NCBI GenBank assembly: GCA_963810185.1
Contig: CAWEMJ010000007.1
Location: forward strand, 125,347-189,346
DNA length: 64,000 nucleotides
From: an uncultured Gemmatimonadales bacterium
Lineage (GTDB): Bacteria > Gemmatimonadota > Gemmatimonadetes > Gemmatimonadales > GWC2-71-9
Reading direction: 5' to 3'
Under the pieces are notes generated by a model that was given only the letters and a program-made list of their open reading frames with translations, ran no database searches and was not told the origin of the DNA. Within the stretch, counting starts at the first letter, position 1. Each line of letters starts with the position of its first letter. The position numbers were made by a program, and so were the translations under genes. Shown piece after piece: positions 56,790 to 64,000 of this stretch.

Positions 56790-58396
56790 CGACGCGGACC
56801 CGCGCGCCAGGTGCGCAGGTCGCTCAGCCAGGAGTAGGGGTTGATCGTGACCCCTTCGATCCGACGCGATACCCCCGCCGTCTGCACCGGCGCGTACAGG
56901 AAGAGCGCCGGCGCATCGGCGTTGAGCGTATCCATGGCGGCCCGGTAGAGCGGCGCCGCGCTGGTCGTGTCAGGCGCCAGGATCGCGCGAGCGAACAATC
57001 GGTCGAATTCCGGGTCGTCGTAGAGGCCGTAGTTGAGCTTACCCCATCCGCCGCGTGTCCACTGATCGGCCAGTCCGCGCGGACTCGGCTCGTCGAGCCA
57101 CGCCCCGATGTAGCTGTCAAATGTCCCTTTGGTCAGCCGCTCGTTGAACACCGGGAAATCCACCGCGGTGATCGTAACCTCCACGCCGAGGGTCTTCCAG
57201 GACTGTTGCAGCGCCTGGGCAAGGTCCCGTCGGGTCGGGCTGGTGCCCGGCACGAGGATGTCGAAGCGGAGCGCCTTCCCGCCGCGGAGCCGCATGCCGC
57301 CGTCGCGCCGCAACCACCCGAGCGAGTCGAGGAGGGCGGAGGCCGCCACGGTGTCATACGGCAGCGTCCGAATCCCGGGGCGGTTGATCCAGAGTAATTG
57401 CGACATCGGGCCGGGGGGCGCGACGGTGCCGGGGCCGAACACGCCGGCCGCCAGCAATTGCCGGTCGATGCCCATCGACAGCGCGCGTCGGAGTGCGCGG
57501 TCGCCCAGGAGCGGATGGCGGTTGCCCTTTGCGTCCTGGAGCCGGAAGCCGAGGAATCCGTACGCCGCCGACGGGTATCGGACCAGCTGCATCGTCGTAT
57601 CGGCCGCCACGCGCGCCACGCGGGACGGCGGTCCGAGTTGCTCGACCGCATCCGCTTCATCGGCCAGCAGCAGGTTGACGGCGGCGTCCGGATCGGGGAC
57701 AAAACGCCACACCACGCGATGGATCGGTGGAATGGCGTTCGGCACCGCTTCGAGCCGGAGCGATTGCCCACGCACCCACTCGACCACCTGGTACATCCCG
57801 CTCCCGACGATGTGCGCGAGCGCGGTGTCCGCCGCCCACTGTCCCCGGGGCAGCGCCTCCCAGATGTGCGCCGGCAGGATGCGCACATGCCAGGTGGCGT
57901 CGTACCACTGTTCCGGATAGGCCCGCGCAAACCGGACGAGGACCGTTGCGGAGTCCTGCGCCTCGACCATCACCTGCCCGGTCAGCGCGGGGCCAGCCTC
58001 GGTTTCCAGCGCCGGATCGGCGTACGCACCGAAGGAGAAGACGACATCGGCGGCGGTGACCGGTACGCCGTCCTGCCAGCGAGCGCCCGGCCGCAGGTGA
58101 AACCGGAGCGTGAGGCTGTCCACCCGTTCCCACCGGTCCGCGAGCGCGGGACGGTAGCCCGCCGGGTCGATCGGTGCGGCGTCCGGCGCCAGATCGGCCA
58201 GCCGCTCGAACACCTGGTCGGTGATGTCCCGCCCGACCGTCTCATAGATCAGTGGGGGAAAGAGGGTCGAGGGTTCTCCGGCGGCGGCGATGACAAGGGT
58301 GCCGCACTCGTCGCACGACGGCGCCTGCTCACGAACGCAGGAGGCGAGCAGCGCCAACGGGACGGCCCATGCCCACCCGCGCCGCCAGTCGCTCAC
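56786..58396 (-). CDS. Peptide ABC transporter substrate-binding lipoprotein (family 5)
   Basis: LASC lipobox, F.LRPGARWQDG.PVTAADVVFS, LRRAL..GIDR; no permease genes adjacent. Confidence 0.88.
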   Translation of the reverse strand: MSDWRRGWAWAVPLALLASCVREQAPSCDECGTLVIAAAGEPSTLFPPLIYETVGRDITDQVFERLADLAPDAAPIDPAGYRPALADRWERVDSLTLRFHLRPGARWQDGVPVTAADVVFSFGAYADPALETEAGPALTGQVMVEAQDSATVLVRFARAYPEQWYDATWHVRILPAHIWEALPRGQWAADTALAHIVGSGMYQVVEWVRGQSLRLEAVPNAIPPIHRVVWRFVPDPDAAVNLLLADEADAVEQLGPPSRVARVAADTTMQLVRYPSAAYGFLGFRLQDAKGNRHPLLGDRALRRALSMGIDRQLLAAGVFGPGTVAPPGPMSQLLWINRPGIRTLPYDTVAASALLDSLGWLRRDGGMRLRGGKALRFDILVPGTSPTRRDLAQALQQSWKTLGVEVTITAVDFPVFNERLTKGTFDSYIGAWLDEPSPRGLADQWTRGGWGKLNYGLYDDPEFDRLFARAILAPDTTSAAPLYRAAMDTLNADAPALFLYAPVQTAGVSRRIEGVTINPYSWLSDLRTWRAGPRR

Positions 58397-58602
58397 GCGC
58401 CGCCCCCCTCTTCCGGAATCACCATCCAGAGCACGATGTAGACGAGGATGCCGGGAAAGGCGACGGAGACGATGGACGCCACCACGTATCCCGCCCGCAC
58501 CAGTGTCGGGTCGAGATCGAAATACTCGGCAAGCCCGCCGAGCACGCCGGCGATCATGCGATTCTTGGTGGATCGGTGGAGGGGACGCGTTGAGCCGGTC
58601 AT
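58393..58602 (-). CDS. PspC domain protein
   Basis: LHRS..NRMIAGVLGGLAEYF.LDPTLVR, YIVLWMVIPE. Confidence 0.92.
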   Translation of the reverse strand: MTGSTRPLHRSTKNRMIAGVLGGLAEYFDLDPTLVRAGYVVASIVSVAFPGILVYIVLWMVIPEEGGGA

Positions 58603-58826
58603 TCGGGATCCCTCAGTGGAAGATTGACCGCAATATAAGGACTGAGGACTGGGGACTGAGGATTGGCCCCCTCTCCGCTTGCCAGAGAATGGGACGGGGG
58701 TGAGGCTGGTTTGTTGCAACGAATCATTACACCCGGTATTCTTCCGATGCGATCCTGACGGTCGCCTGGATCTGTCAAAGCCATGTAAAGCGTTAATATG
58801 CAATACGTTACGGTCTTTGGACTTGA

Positions 58827-58841
58827 TGGCACCCCGGTTGC
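58827..58841 (+). promoter_or_regulatory. Sigma54 (-24/-12) promoter
   Basis: TGGCAC-CCCGG-TTGC matches TGGCAC-N5-TTGC exactly; lies 57 bp before the ATG at 58898; IHF-like ATGCAATACGTTA at 58798-58810. Confidence 0.8.
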
Positions 58842-58897
58842 GAACAGGGGGAACCGAGCAGCGTATCCGTTCACTCGATTCCTCTGGAGGTTTTATC

Positions 58898-59677
58898 ATG
58901 TCGCGCACCATTCGTCTGGCCGGCGCCTTGGCCCTGGCCGCTACACTCGGCGCCTGTGACTCTTCGTCCGGCCCAGCCAACCAGGGCTCCGCCGTCTCCC
59001 TGGCCATCGCCACCAGGCCCGGCGTCGCCGCTCCAGCCCCCGGCGGTCCGCAGCTGAGCGGCGCGCCCGTCACGTACGACGACGGCACCAATATTCTGGT
59101 GATCAACAGCGTCGAGATGGTCGTCAAGGAAGTTGAACTGAAGCGCTCGGAATTTCCCTCGCAGTGCGACAGCACGGCGACCGAAGACCAGTGTGAGGAG
59201 CTCGAGTCGGGGCCGTACCTCCTGGACCTCCCCCTCACCGGCGGCGCCACCTCCGTCGTGACCGTGGACGTGATCCCGGGCACCTATGACGAGTTCGAGT
59301 TCAAGATCCACAAGCCGTCGGATGACGCGGAAAACGCCGCCTTCCTGGCCGCCCATCCCGATTTTGACGGCGTGAGCATCCGGGTCACCGGCACCTGGAA
59401 CGGCGCGGCCTTCACCTACGAGTCCGATCTCGACGCGGAGCAGGAGCAGGAGCTGGTGCCGCCGCTCGTCGTAACGGACGCCGGGACCTCCGACTTTACC
59501 CTCTACATCGACATCGGCACCTGGTTCCGCACCAGCGGCAACATGCTGATCGATCCGTCGAGCGCCAATAACGGCGGCCCGAATGAGGGCGCAGTCAAGA
59601 ACAACATCGAGAACTCGTTCCAGTCCTTCGAGGACGAAGACCACGATGGCGAGGACGACCACAGCGGCGAGGGCTGA
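58898..59677 (+). CDS. Acidic beta-rich hypothetical lipoprotein
   Basis: GGAGG RBS, lipobox LGAC, Asp/His-rich tail. Confidence 0.8.
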   Translation: MSRTIRLAGALALAATLGACDSSSGPANQGSAVSLAIATRPGVAAPAPGGPQLSGAPVTYDDGTNILVINSVEMVVKEVELKRSEFPSQCDSTATEDQCEELESGPYLLDLPLTGGATSVVTVDVIPGTYDEFEFKIHKPSDDAENAAFLAAHPDFDGVSIRVTGTWNGAAFTYESDLDAEQEQELVPPLVVTDAGTSDFTLYIDIGTWFRTSGNMLIDPSSANNGGPNEGAVKNNIENSFQSFEDEDHDGEDDHSGEG

Positions 59678-59697
59678 TCTGACACGTACGATGGCGC

Positions 59698-61035
59698 ATG
59701 ACTGAGCGCATCCCGTGGGTGGAAGTGGTCGTGGTTTCCGACAGCTTCCAGGGTGCGCTCACCGCGTTGGTGACCGAGGTGGGGGGCCGGCTGCGCGTGC
59801 GGCCCCCCGGGGGCGGAGCCCCATCTGACACCCCCGCCGCGGTGATGCTGCTGGCGGGGGGACGGGAAGGCGAGGCCCTGGCGCAGTTGCCGGCGCTGGA
59901 CGGGGCTCCCTGGTACTTCATCGGCGCGGCGGCGGATCATCGGCTCGCCGCCGCCGCCATCCGGGCAGGCGCAAAGGACTACCTCGTCCTGCCCGAAGAC
60001 ATGGATCTGTTACGGCGCTCGATCGAACGGGACGTTCAGGCGGCGCGCGCGAAGGTGAACGCGGCAGAGTTCGCCGCCGCGGAGAATGCCGACACCGGTT
60101 TTGCGGCCATCGTCGGCCGGAGTCCCGAGCTGACCGCGGTACTCGACCAGGCGAAGCGGGTGGCCGGCCATCGCGATGTCACGGTGCTGCTCGGCGGGGA
60201 GACCGGCACCGGCAAGGAACTGCTGGCGCGCGCCGTCCACTACGCGAGCCCCCGCGCCGCCGAACCGTTCGTCGAGGTGAATTGCGCGGCGATTCCCGCC
60301 AACCTCCTCGAGAGCGAACTCTTCGGACATGAGCGCGGCGCGTTCACCGGTGCCGTCGCCGCCAAGCCGGGACTCTTCGAGCAGGCACACGGTGGGACGC
60401 TTTTTCTCGACGAGATCGGGCACCTGCCGCTGGAGCTCCAGGTCAAGCTCCTGCGAGCGCTGGAAAGCCGGGAAATCAGGCGGGTCGGCGGCACCACCAC
60501 CAAGAAGGTGGACATCCGGTTGCTGGCCGCCACGCATCTGGACCTGGCGCAGGCGGTGAAGGACCGGACGTTTCGGGAGGACCTGTACTACCGGCTGAAC
60601 GTGGTTCGGCTTGTCCTGCCGCCGCTTCGGGAACGGGGCGCAGACCTCGAGTTGCTGGCGGAGACCTTCGCCGCCGAACTGGCGAACCGGTACGGCCTGC
60701 CGATTCCGGTCCCCGGCGCCGAGTTCCGGGCCGCGCTCCGGGCGCACCGCTGGCCCGGGAACGTGCGCGAGTTGCGCAACGCGATGGAACGGGCACTGGT
60801 CCTCTCGGCGCCGGGCGTGTTGCAGGTGTCGGTGCTCGACTTCGGCGCGACGCCGGCGGTGGAAGCGACCGCGCCGAACGGCACGCTCCCCTTCCCCGCC
60901 GACCTGGCCACGATCACGATGGCCGCGGTGCAGGCGATGCTCGACGTCTGTGACGGAAACAAGAGCGCCGCCGCACGCCGACTCGGCATTTCGCGCCCCC
61001 GGCTGCAGCGGGTGCTCGACCAGCAGGACGAATGA
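59698..61035 (+). CDS. Sigma54-dependent enhancer-binding protein (degenerate receiver, AAA+, Fis HTH)
   Basis: [61 protein letters not shown]. Confidence 0.95.
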   Translation: MTERIPWVEVVVVSDSFQGALTALVTEVGGRLRVRPPGGGAPSDTPAAVMLLAGGREGEALAQLPALDGAPWYFIGAAADHRLAAAAIRAGAKDYLVLPEDMDLLRRSIERDVQAARAKVNAAEFAAAENADTGFAAIVGRSPELTAVLDQAKRVAGHRDVTVLLGGETGTGKELLARAVHYASPRAAEPFVEVNCAAIPANLLESELFGHERGAFTGAVAAKPGLFEQAHGGTLFLDEIGHLPLELQVKLLRALESREIRRVGGTTTKKVDIRLLAATHLDLAQAVKDRTFREDLYYRLNVVRLVLPPLRERGADLELLAETFAAELANRYGLPIPVPGAEFRAALRAHRWPGNVRELRNAMERALVLSAPGVLQVSVLDFGATPAVEATAPNGTLPFPADLATITMAAVQAMLDVCDGNKSAAARRLGISRPRLQRVLDQQDE

Positions 61036-61064
61036 TGCGACGTGACATCCTGAAAGGATTTTCC

Positions 61065-61673
61065 ATGCGACGTGCCCGCTTCCTTCCGCTCATTCTTGCA
61101 GCCGCCGTGGCGGCCTGCAGCGACGCCGGCGCGCCGAACACCGGCGGCGTCAAGCCGCCGGGCGAGCTCACGATCATTCAACTGCCCGCCACCAGCCCGC
61201 CGATCTGGAATCCGGTGGCCTCCTTCTACGCGAAGAAAGGCACCGACCGGGAGCTCCGGATGTACTTCACCGCACCAGGCGGCGGCCAGGGCGAGGAATA
61301 CATGCGCCTTCGGGTCGACGCCGGGAGCCTGTACAAGCGCCCGGACGGAACCCTGTTCCAGGTGGGCGACTCGGTACTCATCACCGTCACCGCCGATCCG
61401 CAGCAGATCGATTTCAACTTTCAGCCCAGTGGGTTGACCTTCAGCTCATCCGTGCCGGCCCAACTCAAGATCGAGTATGCCGAAACCGGCGGCGATCTCG
61501 ACGACGACGGCGACGTGGACACGGATGACACCGCCATCGAGCAGGTCATCGACCTCTGGCGCCAGGAACAGGCCGGCCAGGATTTCGTGAAGCTCGGCGC
61601 CGTCAAGGTCGAGGAGCTCGACGAGATCGAGGCCGATATCCTCGGCTTTACCCGGTACGCGATCGCCTACTGA
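61065..61673 (+). CDS. Hypothetical lipoprotein
   Basis: Lipobox VAAC; F.PSGL.F; DLDDDGDVD (Dx[DN]xDG-type motif). Confidence 0.78.
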   Translation: MRRARFLPLILAAAVAACSDAGAPNTGGVKPPGELTIIQLPATSPPIWNPVASFYAKKGTDRELRMYFTAPGGGQGEEYMRLRVDAGSLYKRPDGTLFQVGDSVLITVTADPQQIDFNFQPSGLTFSSSVPAQLKIEYAETGGDLDDDGDVDTDDTAIEQVIDLWRQEQAGQDFVKLGAVKVEELDEIEADILGFTRYAIAY

Positions 61674-61680
61674 CGACCTG

Positions 61681-62574
61681 ATGACCACGCCTCCCGCCGC
61701 CGACCCCGGCACCGTCCTCCGCGACGCCACCGCCGCGATGCGCCAGGGCAACCTGCGAGGCGCCTCCGCGCTCGCGGCGGCGGCGGAGGCACGCTTCCGC
61801 GCGCGTGGCGATGCGGATGGACGGATGCGGGCGGAAAACCTCCTCGGCGCGGTCGCGTGGGAAACCGGACAGGTCGGCGACGCCGAACGGTACTTCGGCA
61901 CCGCGCTCGAACTCGCCCATGGGCTGGACGACAGCCTGATGACGGCGCGCGCCTCCAACAACCTCGCGTCGGTGGCGCACCTCACCGGCCGCCCCGACCT
62001 GGCGTTGAGCCTCTACCGCACCGCCCTCCTCTCCTATCAGCGACTCGGCGATCGGCGTGGCATGGCGGAGACGTCGCACAACCTCGGCATCGCCTTTCGC
62101 CAGCTGGGACAGTGGACCGATGCGGAGCGGGCCGCCGAGGAGGCGGTGCGCCACGCCGATCAGTCCGGCGATGCCGCGCTGCGGGGGCTCGCATTGGTGG
62201 GTTTGGCCGAACTGCATCTCGAACTCAAGGCATGGCCGCTGGCCGAACGGGAAATCGAGCGGGCGGCCGTCCTCGCCGCTGAGGGCGACGATCCGATCGG
62301 TGTCGCGGAAGCCAGCCGGCTTCGTGCCCTGCTCCACCTCGGGCTCGGCCATGCCGTTGCGGCGCTCCGTGAAGCGCTGGCCGCCCGGGACGAGGCACAT
62401 AGGCTCGGGACCGCGCTGCTGGAAGCGGAATGCACGAGCGTGGCCGCGCGCGCGGCACGTGCGCTCGGGAACGGTGACCAGGCAGAGGGTTTGCGTGCGG
62501 AAGCGGAGGCAGGGCTGACGCGACTGGGGGCCGCCGGACTGCTTGAGCGGTTGAGAAAACAGTGGGGCGCCTGA
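61681..62574 (+). CDS. Tetratricopeptide repeat protein
   Basis: Repeated NLLG/NNLA/HNLG helices; no signal peptide. Confidence 0.85.
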   Translation: MTTPPAADPGTVLRDATAAMRQGNLRGASALAAAAEARFRARGDADGRMRAENLLGAVAWETGQVGDAERYFGTALELAHGLDDSLMTARASNNLASVAHLTGRPDLALSLYRTALLSYQRLGDRRGMAETSHNLGIAFRQLGQWTDAERAAEEAVRHADQSGDAALRGLALVGLAELHLELKAWPLAEREIERAAVLAAEGDDPIGVAEASRLRALLHLGLGHAVAALREALAARDEAHRLGTALLEAECTSVAARAARALGNGDQAEGLRAEAEAGLTRLGAAGLLERLRKQWGA

Positions 62575-62591
62575 TCGGCGCCCCTTTTGTT
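62564..62591 (+). terminator. Intrinsic terminator
   Basis: GGGGCGCC-tgatc-GGCGCCCC-TTTTGTT between convergent genes. Confidence 0.7.
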
Positions 62592-62598
62592 CGGCAGG

Positions 62599-64000
62599 TC
62601 AGTGGCCCTGCTCCTCCTTGTGTTCTTCCGCCACCCGCGCCACCACGTCGGGCGGCGCCTCGACGTACCCGTGGAAGGAGTGACGGTAGGTGCCCCGCCC
62701 GTGGGTGATCGAGTACAGCGTGGTTGAGTAGCGATAGAGTTCGGACTCCGGCACCACGGCCCGGACCTTGGTCAGGCGGCCATCCGACTCGGTACCCAGG
62801 ATGTGTCCGCGGCGCGCGCTCAAGTCGCCCATCACGTCGCCGAGCACGTCCTCCGGCGTCCACACCTCCAGGTCGGCCAGTGGCTCGAGCAGCACCGGGC
62901 GCGCGCTCGGCGCCACGGTCCGAAACGCCAGGATGCCGGCCATCTTGAACGACATCTCGTTCGAGTCCACGTCGTGATACGACCCGTCGAAGCACTCGAC
63001 CTGGAAGTCCACCACCGGATACCCGGCCACGACCCCTCGCTCCGCCGACTCCTGGATGCCCCGATCGACCGCCGGGATGTACTTGTTGGGGATGACCCCA
63101 CCCACGATCTTGTCCACGAATTCGTAGCCGGCGCCGCGCGGCCTCGGCGCAATGCGGATCCAGCAATCCCCATACTGCCCCCGCCCGCCGCTCTGCTTCT
63201 TGTGCTTGCCCTGCCCCTCCGCCTTGCCCTTGAACGTCTCGCGATAGGCGATCCGCGGCCGGGCCAGGTCGGCATGCACCCCGTACTTCTGGGTGAGCCG
63301 GCCGAGCAGGATTTCGAAGTGCCGCTCGCCCATTCCATGGATCAGCGTCTGCCGCAGTTCGGAGTTGTACTCGAAATGGAAGGTCGGGTCCTCCTCGTGC
63401 AGTCGGTGCAGCCCCGCCGCGAGCTTGTCTTCCTCGCCCCGCTGCTTGACCACCACGGCGGCGGTGGCGACGGCGTCGGGAAACGGGATCGGCGGGAGCC
63501 GCACCGGGGCATCCCGCAGACAGAAGGTGTCGCCGGTGTGGGTGTTGCGCAGCTTGGCCACCGAGCCGATGTCGCCTGGATGGAGCTCGCCCACCTCCAG
63601 CCGCTCCTTGCCCTGCTGCACCGACAGGTGGTTCAGCTTCTCCGCCACCTCGTGTTCCGCGTTCCAGACCTCCGCCCCGTTGCGCAGGGTGCCGGCATAC
63701 AGCCGGAAGAGGGTGACGTCCCCGACATGGGGTTCCGAAGTCGTCTTGAAGACCCGGGCGACCAGCCGCGCGTCCACCGGCGCGGGGAGTTCCGACGGAG
63801 CGGGCAGCAACTCGACCAGGCTGGTGAGCAGGGCGCGGATGCCGTAGGTAAGCTGGGCGCTGCCCACGAACAGCGGGACGATCGCCCCGGACAGGACCGC
63901 CTTCTTGAGCGCCGCGATCACCTCGGCCCGCGGGATTTCCTCGCCGTTCAGGTATCGCTCGATCAGGACGTCGTCCGTCGCGGCCACCGTCTCGACCAGC
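62599..64000 (-). CDS. fusA: Elongation factor G paralog (5' truncated by the window edge)
   Basis: GMGERH, AYRET, KKQSGGRGQYG, DGSYHDVDS.EM.F, LLEP; not followed by tuf, so probably a second EF-G. Confidence 0.9.
   Translation of the reverse strand, partial: LVETVAATDDVLIERYLNGEEIPRAEVIAALKKAVLSGAIVPLFVGSAQLTYGIRALLTSLVELLPAPSELPAPVDARLVARVFKTTSEPHVGDVTLFRLYAGTLRNGAEVWNAEHEVAEKLNHLSVQQGKERLEVGELHPGDIGSVAKLRNTHTGDTFCLRDAPVRLPPIPFPDAVATAAVVVKQRGEEDKLAAGLHRLHEEDPTFHFEYNSELRQTLIHGMGERHFEILLGRLTQKYGVHADLARPRIAYRETFKGKAEGQGKHKKQSGGRGQYGDCWIRIAPRPRGAGYEFVDKIVGGVIPNKYIPAVDRGIQESAERGVVAGYPVVDFQVECFDGSYHDVDSNEMSFKMAGILAFRTVAPSARPVLLEPLADLEVWTPEDVLGDVMGDLSARRGHILGTESDGRLTKVRAVVPESELYRYSTTLYSITHGRGTYRHSFHGYVEAPPDVVARVAEEHKEEQGH

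Noticed and set aside
1-64000. Prophage, IS, integron or defence island
   Set aside because: No integrase, transposase, phage structural or recognisable defence genes were seen, and composition looks uniform apart from short AT-rich promoter patches

Overview
This is a high-GC bacterial chromosomal window with about 68 CDS. I recognise no rRNA, tRNA, CRISPR array or transposase. The gene content suggests Gemmatimonadota (inference): expanded 6-bladed beta-propeller lipoproteins, a Ser/Thr kinase-PD40 fusion and Ig-PD40 proteins. About a dozen single-base indels break otherwise intact genes, including thyA and selD, which points to sequencing or assembly error. The main blocks are: a beta-propeller paralog array (0-5.8 kb); selD, a small protein and an atypical rnhA; a heme oxygenase preceded by a Fur-box-like site and an unannotated 36-aa membrane peptide; thiolase/SPFH/hbd; thyA-folA; two clusters of GMC, Gfo-Idh-MocA, DUF1080 and TIM-barrel genes resembling the non-hydrolytic 3-keto-glycoside pathway; and an EF-G paralog. 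Two operons are the best candidates for an undescribed system. The first (31.1-35.1 kb) is bounded by a promoter and a terminator and encodes two Ddl-like ATP-grasp ligases, a GNAT and a lysine 2,3-aminomutase-type radical SAM enzyme. The second (58.8-62.6 kb) sits behind a sigma54 promoter and encodes its own pseudo-receiver enhancer-binding protein, two lipoproteins and a TPR protein. Intergenic DNA carries at least six families of palindromic or tandem repeats, including strand-biased (GGGGCAGC)n arrays.
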